Origin: Nitrosopumilus adriaticus
Lineage (GTDB): Archaea; Thermoproteota; Nitrososphaeria; Nitrososphaerales; Nitrosopumilaceae
Reading direction: 5' to 3'
DNA length: 32,000 nt
Assembly: GCF_000956175.1 (NCBI RefSeq)
Contig: NZ_CP011070.1
Location: forward strand, 1,078,147-1,110,146
The first letter of the stretch is position 1. Every line of letters begins with the position of its first letter. Below, one piece after another: positions 23,148 to 30,018 of the stretch. A program made the translations under genes and the position numbers. Below the pieces are notes generated by a model that worked only from the letters and a program-made list of their open reading frames with translations, did not search any database and was not told the origin of the DNA.

Positions 23148-24224
23148 TTAATTCACTGTTTCAAAGAATTTTTGAGTATTTCGCCATTTGATGTTAGCAT
23201 TAATGTCTAAAACTTTACTGATGTTATTTTTTAATAATCCTGCAGTATTTTGAAATTTTTTCTTTCTTTTTTCAAATTTTACATCTTCAATATAATTATC
23301 TGCAGTAGAGGCCCAATCTACAACCCAAGCATTTTGCTCCAAAGTTTCTTTTGTTGGTATATCATATTTTTTATATCTACTTTCTAATTGAGATTTCGGC
23401 ATATTTTCAATTATCGAATGAGCACTTGGTGCAGCTGAAATTCCAATCCATTGTGGAATAGTATTGTATTCAACTGCTTCATCTATGGCCTTTCCAATAA
23501 TGAATTCATTTCCTTTGTAATAATAGTCTCCAAAAGAAATTGAACCACGAATCGGGCGTTCTAGAATCATACTATCAATTATTGCACTAGAGAGAATCGG
23601 AGATAATTCAAATAATGTTTTTTGTTTATTGTATGGTTGTATAGCAATTATTATTGTGTCAGAAAATGTCATGAATGAATAATCTCTAGTGTTTAATTTC
23701 TTGATTTCTTGTTCAAAATTTTTTGTATAAGTAGACCATGAGTTAATTATTTTGTTTTTCTCTTTTTCTCTATTCCATATTCCTTTAGTTCCTAATGCAT
23801 CTAAGAAGACCACAATTCCTGTTTGTTTTGGTACAGTTTCTGATTTTCTTTGTTGTCTTGCAAGTTTTTTTGATTCAAGAACTGTATTATAAAAATCTCT
23901 GAATTTTTTGTAATGGTCCATCAGGTATTTTGTATCAATATATTCTAGATTTTTTTTAAGAAGTTTTTTACCTAATTTTGTTGTCTGGTAATATCCTCGC
24001 TTAGGAACCGTCACAAGACCTGCATGCTCCAGATAATTCCTTGCCCAAAATGCACGATTTTTTAATTTTGTCTCTGGACCACTTTTTTTGCGTTGATTTC
24101 TTTGCTTTTCAGTAAGTTTGAATTGTTTTGCCAATTTTGTTTCTGCGTCAGAAACTGAGATTTCGTTATTTGATCCTATTTCCAACATAGGCCACATTAA
24201 TCGTTCAAAATCAATTTTTGCCAA
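23148..24224 (-). CDS. Mrr_N-type winged helix fused to a class III nucleotidyl-cyclase-like domain (tentative)
   Basis: 358 aa. The N-terminus (LMWPMLEIGS...AETKLAKQFKLTEKQRNQRKKSGPETKLKNRAFWARNYLEHAGLVTVPKRGYYQTTKLGKKLL) matches the Mrr N-terminal wHTH pattern. The C-terminal half has GIVVFLDALGTKG, SFMTFSDTIIIA and RGSISFGDYYYKGNEFIIGKAIDEAVEY, which resemble the metal-Asp strands and the G..(x)..A.R region of cyclase-homology domains. Confidence 0.4.
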   Translation of the reverse strand: MAKIDFERLMWPMLEIGSNNEISVSDAETKLAKQFKLTEKQRNQRKKSGPETKLKNRAFWARNYLEHAGLVTVPKRGYYQTTKLGKKLLKKNLEYIDTKYLMDHYKKFRDFYNTVLESKKLARQQRKSETVPKQTGIVVFLDALGTKGIWNREKEKNKIINSWSTYTKNFEQEIKKLNTRDYSFMTFSDTIIIAIQPYNKQKTLFELSPILSSAIIDSMILERPIRGSISFGDYYYKGNEFIIGKAIDEAVEYNTIPQWIGISAAPSAHSIIENMPKSQLESRYKKYDIPTKETLEQNAWVVDWASTADNYIEDVKFEKRKKKFQNTAGLLKNNISKVLDINANIKWRNTQKFFETVN

Positions 24225-24259
24225 TTTACAGCTACTTTCTATCAGAAATTAATAACATT

Positions 24260-24330
24260 TCACACCTGCAGGCATAAAGATACATCAAAAAAGTAAACTT
24301 CCTGCTCAATGAGCGATCACACCTTGCAGG
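24260..24330. promoter_or_regulatory. pair of direct repeats TCACACCT(T)GCAGG in the divergent promoter region
   Basis: TCACACCTGCAGG at 24260..24272 and TCACACCTTGCAGG at 24317..24330, between 23148..24224(-) and the methyltransferase (+). The first contains the 8-bp palindrome CCTGCAGG. Confidence 0.45.
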
Positions 24331-24357
24331 ATATACCTATCTTGAAATTATCAAACC

Positions 24358-25200
24358 TTGGCATTAATTGAAAAAGCAAAATCACTAGTTCATCCTAGAA
24401 ACACCCTCAATGATTTGCCCACTGTTGATTGGCTAAAAGCAACTCGTTCATGGTTTATGATGAGGCCAAAAGGGAGAGGTTCAAAAATATCTCATCCTGC
24501 AAGTTTTCCTGAAGAATTAGTTGCAAATTATATTCAATTTTTCACAAAAAAGAATGCACTCGTGCTAGACACCTTCCTAGGTTCAGGAACTACCACTCTA
24601 GTTGCAAGACAGCTGCAGCGAAATGCAGTGGGTATTGAATTAAACAAAAAATATGCTGAATTATCCCAAGAGAGATTAAATGAATTCCCAGAAAATAACA
24701 CAAAACAACTAGTGATTAATGATGATTCTAGAAATTTAAAAAAAATATTCAAAAAACAAGGAATCCCCCAAATTGATTTTTGTATTACATCTCCTCCATA
24801 TTGGAACCAATTAAAAAACAAGGGACTCAAAAATACTGTAGATAGATCAAAGAGTAGAAAAAAATTAAATCTTGATGTCGACTATGGTTCTAATTCAAAA
24901 GACATTGGAATGATTGATGAGTATGATTCGTTTTTAGATGCACAAGATGAAATTTTTGACAAGGTCTATGATCTGATGAAGCCACGAGGGTATTTGCTTG
25001 TAGTTACAAATAATGTCTACAAGGGCGGTAGAATGTGGCCATTAGCATTTGATACGGTAACTAGACTATCAAAGAAATGGGTTCCAAAAGATGAGCAAAT
25101 TTGGTGTCAAGACAGCAGACGATTACATCCATTTGGAATGTTTCATAGTTACATTGGAAACAGAGCACATCACTATTGTTTGATATTTCGAAAGGAGTAA
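24358..25200 (+). CDS. DNA methyltransferase, N4-cytosine/N6-adenine family (PF01555-like)
   Basis: 280 aa. HPASFPEEL, SAM motif LDTFLGSGTT..A..L.RNAVGIEL, catalytic ITSPPYW. Motif I precedes motif IV. The track start is TTG, so the real start is uncertain. Confidence 0.8.
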   Translation: MALIEKAKSLVHPRNTLNDLPTVDWLKATRSWFMMRPKGRGSKISHPASFPEELVANYIQFFTKKNALVLDTFLGSGTTTLVARQLQRNAVGIELNKKYAELSQERLNEFPENNTKQLVINDDSRNLKKIFKKQGIPQIDFCITSPPYWNQLKNKGLKNTVDRSKSRKKLNLDVDYGSNSKDIGMIDEYDSFLDAQDEIFDKVYDLMKPRGYLLVVTNNVYKGGRMWPLAFDTVTRLSKKWVPKDEQIWCQDSRRLHPFGMFHSYIGNRAHHYCLIFRKE

Positions 25201-25243
25201 TACATTCAACAAAATTGATTAAGATCATAAGAGAATATGCACT

Positions 25244-25576
25244 ATGAGTTCCGTTTTACAAATAAATCAGTTTGAATCAAAATTTCAATCTTGTCGAAAT
25301 CATATAAACGGGGAAGGTGGAGAAAAAATCTCTGAACAATACAGAGGCTATGTTTGGAATGATGTAACCCCTGAACCCCATCTGTCAATAGGATTGCCTT
25401 TTGGTCCTGTGGGTTACAATTACTGTGATAGTGGAAGATATATCTATTTGAAAAAAGTGAAAAACCTTCCAGATTCTTCTCCAGATAACGCAAATAGAAT
25501 TCGGGGCAGGATTTTACATGACAGTGTTATGGATTTTTTGATATTTCAAGAAGATATATCGAAAATACTGAAGTAA
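25244..25576 (+). CDS. possible N-terminal fragment of a Cas4-like nuclease (see 25621..26244)
   Basis: 110 aa. YCDSGRYIYLKK...RIRGRILHDSV resembles the Cas4/RecB-family N-terminal Cys...R..Y and G..(I/L)H helix. The downstream ORF's frame is already open from 25522, overlapping this ORF. Confidence 0.4.
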   Translation: MSSVLQINQFESKFQSCRNHINGEGGEKISEQYRGYVWNDVTPEPHLSIGLPFGPVGYNYCDSGRYIYLKKVKNLPDSSPDNANRIRGRILHDSVMDFLIFQEDISKILK

Positions 25577-25620
25577 AAAGTTTAGATGTAAAAAAACATC
25601 TGAATAGAAAAAAAACCAAA

Positions 25621-26244
25621 ATGCTACAAGATATTAAAAAAGAAATATCTAAACCTTCCAATAAATTAAAACAAAAAGAAATCAAAGAAATCCTGAAAGA
25701 TTGTGATTCAGTTCTAGAATTTGAGAGTAATCAATTATCCTCTAGAATTCATTATTTTATTTCTAGAAATGAATCTATCACAAAATCTTCATTGATTCAA
25801 CATTCTGTACCGATAGTTTTGAATGAAGAAATAAAAGAAGCAAAGGCAATGGGATTTGCAGACAAAATAACACCTGATTTTGTTTTTCATAAAGAAAAAG
25901 CAATTGGAGATATGAAAACATATCAATTTGATCAAAAAGATCAATCTTACAAATTAGCAATTACTGGATATGCTCTAGCATATGAAAAACAACACAATGA
26001 AGACATAGATTGTGGATTTATTCTGTATTGTTTACCTCACAAGAATCGGTTTACTCCTTTATTTGAATTAGAAGTATTTCCTATTAGCGATGTTTTACGA
26101 AAAAATTTTATCGAAAAAAGAAATCGACTTGCACAAATGGTATACAAAAAAATTAAACCAAATCTAGCTACTAAATGCCCCGAATCCTGTCCCTATCTTT
26201 CGAAATGCGCTCCTGGAAAAAGTAGAATTGACAAAAATAAATAA
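25621..26244 (+). CDS. Cas4-like PD-(D/E)xK nuclease with a C-terminal Cys cluster
   Basis: 207 aa. Core is PDFVF...AIGDMKT (D...DxK), then YKLAITGYALAYE (Q/Y helix), and a C-terminal CPESCPYLSKC resembling the three-Cys Fe-S ligand motif of Cas4/AddB-type nucleases. Confidence 0.6.
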   Translation: MLQDIKKEISKPSNKLKQKEIKEILKDCDSVLEFESNQLSSRIHYFISRNESITKSSLIQHSVPIVLNEEIKEAKAMGFADKITPDFVFHKEKAIGDMKTYQFDQKDQSYKLAITGYALAYEKQHNEDIDCGFILYCLPHKNRFTPLFELEVFPISDVLRKNFIEKRNRLAQMVYKKIKPNLATKCPESCPYLSKCAPGKSRIDKNK

Positions 26245-27064
26245 AGAATTATTGGATTTTAAGGGTTCTCCAAAAATCATTTTGGAATCATTACAAATTT
26301 TTCAAAAACATCCTAAACAATGGGAAAAAATTCAACAAGAATTAATTCAAATGGCAATTAAAAAAGAAATCAAAGCAATTCCCAGAGTAATTATATCTGC
26401 ATATATTACTCCGATGTTAAGAAATTTGAAATTAATTTATGGTGAAGGCACAGATATTAAAATCACAAATGATGGAACTCAATGCATAGAAGCATTTTTA
26501 AAAAATTCTGAAGAAGGTTATAAAAAAAGACTTGCATATCAAACTATCAAAATTGATGAAGAAAATATCCGATTAATCCCTTATTTAATGAGGCACCACA
26601 ATAAGATTGAAAATTCTGTATCTCTAAATGATTTGAAAGATGAATTGTTCTCTATAGGTGTTCCAAATGCAAAAAAACCTACTCCTGTTGGCAGTTGGAT
26701 TCAACTCCTTACCTTTGTTGAATTGGTGTTTATGTATAATAAAAAATTCTATGTTCGTGAATCGCAGTATGAAACTATGCTCAAAGGAGAAAATAAACCA
26801 AAAAAATCAGATATTGAAAAAGCCTTCAAAAATGCTGCAAATGTACTGAAATCACCCAATACATCTTATGTGTCAATTCCTGAATTCAGAGATCAAGTTT
26901 GTGAAGAATTAAGGATAAGTTCTTTTACATTTTATAATATTCTCAAAAATAATCCTTATAGTATTGGGAAAACCCGATTAATGTTCGCAACTCCAATCAA
27001 GAAGACGCCTGGAGGAATTATAATTGGAAACAAATACTATTATTTTATATCAGTATATCCTTAG
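26228..27064 (+). CDS. hypothetical protein
   Basis: 278 aa with TTG start, overlapping the end of the nuclease gene. Operon position is between the nuclease and the ATPase. No motif recognised. Confidence 0.45.
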   Translation: MTKINKELLDFKGSPKIILESLQIFQKHPKQWEKIQQELIQMAIKKEIKAIPRVIISAYITPMLRNLKLIYGEGTDIKITNDGTQCIEAFLKNSEEGYKKRLAYQTIKIDEENIRLIPYLMRHHNKIENSVSLNDLKDELFSIGVPNAKKPTPVGSWIQLLTFVELVFMYNKKFYVRESQYETMLKGENKPKKSDIEKAFKNAANVLKSPNTSYVSIPEFRDQVCEELRISSFTFYNILKNNPYSIGKTRLMFATPIKKTPGGIIIGNKYYYFISVYP

Positions 27065-27074
27065 TACAATAGAT

Positions 27075-28202
27075 ATGTCTTATTCAAAATTTAATCTAAC
27101 TTCAAATCCTTTCCTTGAAGAAAAACATACTTTTCCAATGGTTGGACGAAAAAAAGATTGGGATAAGATAAAAAATGTGACCGAAGAGTTGCTTACTGCA
27201 GATAGTTGTGGAATTATCACAATTTATGGAGATTATGGAATGGGTAAAACATTCACTTTATTAAAAATGCAAGAAGAATATCAAAAAAATAAAGATTCTG
27301 GTAAAGTTATTTTCTTGAAAACAATTGAAACTGGAATTCCTACAAATTTTTTGAGTGATTTGTTGATTCGAATTACTAGAAATATTGGGAAAGATGAAAT
27401 GGTCAAATTAGCAAAACGTGTTGATTTTGTTTCATTAGATATTGATAATACATTGAAAAATGTTCTGATAAATTTATCTGATGGAAACGAAATTTCTTGG
27501 AAGTGGTTTATTGGAAGAAGTATTACCAACACAGAATTAAAACAAATTCAGGCTGAATTTAAAATCAAAGACAATTATGAAACATTTACCGTTTTCTTAG
27601 ATTTCCTAAAATTCCTCTATGTAGCAGGATGTCAAAATATGATTCTGTTGTTTGATGAATGGGAATATCTACTTTCAAGAGCATCCATTGATCAAGTTAG
27701 AACTATTGTGCGGGATTTACAGAAATTATGGGACGGATATAATGAATGTCGAGCTTCAAATATGAAATTATGTAAAATAATTTTTGTTATTGCATCATCC
27801 ATTGGATCTTGGAGAATCTTCTTAGAGATGATTGATAAAGATGTCAGTAAAAAAGGAGGCGGAGGTACAGAAACTTTTATGAGAAGAATTCCGGAAATGG
27901 CAAAGATTAACTTATCCCCCTTTGCTCTTTCAGACGTAAAAAAATTCATTATTAATAGATTGAAAGAATATCGTTTAAAACCATCAAGTGATGATTTGTT
28001 TCCGCTTACTAATGATTATGTTCAGTTTATCACCGAAATATCCTGGGGAATCCCAAGTAGTATTCTTAGCAAAAGTGCATTAATTATAAAAGAAGCTTCT
28101 GATGGAGAAATTAAACAAGTCACTACTGATTTTTCAAAACAAATTCTGAAAAATCATGGAATTCTACGAGAGTTGGAAGAAGTGGGACCTATTGCAGAAT
28201 AA
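27075..28202 (+). CDS. AAA+/P-loop ATPase (ORC/Cdc6- or archaeal-ATPase-like)
   Basis: Walker A IYGDYGMGKTFTL, Walker B MILLFDEWEY, N-terminal NPF segment. I prefer the ATG at 27075 (MSYSKFNLTSNPF), just after the upstream stop. The track ORF starts at TTG 27024. Confidence 0.7.
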   Translation: MSYSKFNLTSNPFLEEKHTFPMVGRKKDWDKIKNVTEELLTADSCGIITIYGDYGMGKTFTLLKMQEEYQKNKDSGKVIFLKTIETGIPTNFLSDLLIRITRNIGKDEMVKLAKRVDFVSLDIDNTLKNVLINLSDGNEISWKWFIGRSITNTELKQIQAEFKIKDNYETFTVFLDFLKFLYVAGCQNMILLFDEWEYLLSRASIDQVRTIVRDLQKLWDGYNECRASNMKLCKIIFVIASSIGSWRIFLEMIDKDVSKKGGGGTETFMRRIPEMAKINLSPFALSDVKKFIINRLKEYRLKPSSDDLFPLTNDYVQFITEISWGIPSSILSKSALIIKEASDGEIKQVTTDFSKQILKNHGILRELEEVGPIAE

Positions 28203-28213
28203 CAAATTGAATT

Positions 28214-28591
28214 ATGAGTTTTTACATATGTACAGGTAAATCATTAAGAGTTTTTATCAACATCGAAAACTTTCTTAGTGATTCCATTAAATTAAAATTT
28301 TTTTTAATTTTTAAAGAATCAATTAATAAAAAATCATTTAAACTTGATGTTAATTTATCTCCTAATGATGATGGCTTAACATTAACAAAGACCATAATCA
28401 TAAAAGAGCAATTTGAAAATTTCAAAAAAAATGAATCGCTAGGAGTGATCAAAATTAGATCTTCCAAAATCAATAAGGATTTTAATTTGCCTGAAGCTAT
28501 CTGTGTATCACCTGAGGAATCTTCTGATTCGTATCTAGGAGCAAAGGTTACGCTAACGAATAACAATGTTTATGTTCAGTATCGAAAATAA
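28214..28591 (+). CDS. hypothetical small protein (last gene of the plus-strand operon)
   Basis: 125 aa, with an ATG 12 nt after the ATPase stop. The strand choice over antisense ORF 28222..28566 rests only on operon context. Confidence 0.35.
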   Translation: MSFYICTGKSLRVFINIENFLSDSIKLKFFLIFKESINKKSFKLDVNLSPNDDGLTLTKTIIIKEQFENFKKNESLGVIKIRSSKINKDFNLPEAICVSPEESSDSYLGAKVTLTNNNVYVQYRK

Positions 28592-29631
28592 TGGTCAATA
28601 ATTGTCACAATAAAATTTTTCACAATCGTTAATTCTTCTAAATTATTCAATCCAGTTTTCTTTGATCTACCAAACTTAAATTCTACTTCTTTTTTAATTT
28701 GAAAATTCCTCTCCAATTTCTCCAAAAAATTCTTTTTTACTCTATCTGATAGAACTACCATCCCATCCCGAGTATAAACAAAATCAGATAACCTCATCTT
28801 GTATCGATTATTGGTTGCATGTGCAATATCATAAACTGAAGATTCTACTACCCAACGAAATGGTTCTATTACATCATACACTAGTGACATAAATCCCGAA
28901 TGATTCTTGTGCATATATCCAAAGTATGGGTCTAGGCCAAATCCACAGACATACTTGCAAATCTCTCCTGCAAGTACGGAATATCCATAATTTAGCAAAC
29001 CATTGATGGGGTCTGATGCATTTCTCTTTGTTATACGAATAGAGGATTGATTACGAGATTCGAATCCAAATCTCTCATTAAACAGAGTGGCATAATATCG
29101 AAAGTACACATTTGCACTTGATTTCTCTATGGATTCATAATTCTGAATAGTAATTTCAGATATTTTCTTTTGTAATGTTTGAATTATTTTCTCAGAATCT
29201 TTTCTTTCTAATGATTTCAGAAATCTAATCTGAGATTCCAATTTGTCATGAATTGTTTTTCTTGATAACTCTCTACAAACTTCAGGTTTTCGGAAATTAT
29301 CATATTGTGCAATTCTATACTTACTAGCAGTGCTACTCTCCATCACTCCATTGATCAAAGAGATGGGCTTTCCGAAACTATCTGTAATGATGACATTTCT
29401 ATAATGACTAGAAAGTAGTGCTAATGCATCTGTACTAACATAACCTTTTCCTGAAATCAAAATTTTCTCATATGGTAAATTTGTGATAAACCATTCTTCA
29501 GTTTCTTGGGAATGAGAAAAAGGATCAAGGCCATTCTTTAGTATCAGTTTGTGATTTTTTACACTAACTGAAACTCCATAGCCTGTTAAGACCTTGATGT
29601 TATAGTGGTTTTTTCTTCCTCTTAGGGTCAT
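28576..29631 (-). CDS. cas1: Cas1-family integrase (casposase)
   Basis: 351 aa. Cas1 catalytic-domain motifs NGLLNYGYSVLAGEI, GLDPYFGYMHKNH and LVYDVIEPFRW. The N-terminal beta-rich domain is VLTGYGVSVSVKNHKLILKNG. It is a large ORF close to the right TIR, and no CRISPR array or cas2 is nearby. Confidence 0.9.
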   Translation of the reverse strand: MTLRGRKNHYNIKVLTGYGVSVSVKNHKLILKNGLDPFSHSQETEEWFITNLPYEKILISGKGYVSTDALALLSSHYRNVIITDSFGKPISLINGVMESSTASKYRIAQYDNFRKPEVCRELSRKTIHDKLESQIRFLKSLERKDSEKIIQTLQKKISEITIQNYESIEKSSANVYFRYYATLFNERFGFESRNQSSIRITKRNASDPINGLLNYGYSVLAGEICKYVCGFGLDPYFGYMHKNHSGFMSLVYDVIEPFRWVVESSVYDIAHATNNRYKMRLSDFVYTRDGMVVLSDRVKKNFLEKLERNFQIKKEVEFKFGRSKKTGLNNLEELTIVKNFIVTIIDHYFRY

Positions 29632-29890
29632 CTTTAGGAAATAAACCCATTTTCAACTCCAAGGCAGCAGTGTATTTGCTGTATGCGGACAATGCTTTGC
29701 TCATATTGTCTGCCATTCTTACTACAATCTTTACTAGATCAAGTGTGTAATCAGATGATTCTATTGAATCCATAGTTTTAGGATCTTTTGTAGTTGTTAG
29801 TTTGTCATGTTCTGCAAAAGATTCATTGACTTTGGCATTTGCATCCTCAACTGCCTCTCTGAGTTTTTCAAGTTTGGTTTTTCTTGTCAT
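29600..29890 (-). CDS. hypothetical helical protein upstream of and overlapping cas1
   Basis: 96 aa, charged and helical (KLEKLREAVEDANAKVNESFAEHDK). The 32-nt overlap with the cas1 start suggests co-translation. Confidence 0.45.
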   Translation of the reverse strand: MTRKTKLEKLREAVEDANAKVNESFAEHDKLTTTKDPKTMDSIESSDYTLDLVKIVVRMADNMSKALSAYSKYTAALELKMGLFPKDDPKRKKKPL

Positions 29891-29952
29891 TAAGAAACCA
29901 TGATGAACATTATGATCTTAAAGAATTTGCAAAAAATAATAATCTGAAAAAC

Positions 29953-29999
29953 TTCCTAGTTATCGTCTAAATTTACGAGTAAACGGGGGGCATTCTATT
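29953..29999 (-). repeat. casposon right terminal inverted repeat
   Basis: Reverse complement of 16903..16949; perfect over 29964..29999. Confidence 0.95.
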
Positions 30000-30018
30000 T
30001 TTACTCTTTATCAATAAA
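29998..30018 (+). repeat. target-site direct repeat, aEF-2-proximal copy
   Basis: TTTTTACTCTTTATCAATAAA is identical to 16882..16902. The first 2 nt overlap the ambiguous end of the TIR. It contains the aEF-2 stop codon (30001..30003) and codons for FIDKE. Confidence 0.9.

Larger units (their letters stand above)
16903..29999. mobile_element. family-1-type casposon (Cas1 casposase + pPolB), apparently intact, inserted at the 3' end of aEF-2
   Basis: Bounded by inverted repeats 16903..16949 and 29953..29999 and by the 21-nt direct repeat. Encodes Cas1 (28576..29631) and pPolB (20069..21853). Boundaries are uncertain by about 3 nt because of A5/T5 runs. Confidence 0.9.

Noticed and set aside
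27024-27074. TTG-initiated 17-codon N-terminal extension of the ATPase ORF given in the track
   Set aside because: It overlaps the end of 26228..27064. An ATG at 27075 lies directly after that gene's stop and gives a sensible N-terminus.
20457-28566. ORFs 20457..20639(+), 22265..22486(+), 24534..24830(-), 25242..25493(-), 25778..25960(-), 26658..26849(+, alternative frame), 27281..27532(-), 27692..27949(-) and 28222..28566(-)
   Set aside because: They are antisense or out-of-frame shadows of the pPolB, methyltransferase, nuclease, ATPase and neighbouring genes. Only 28222..28566 is a genuine toss-up with 28214..28591, which I resolved by operon context alone.
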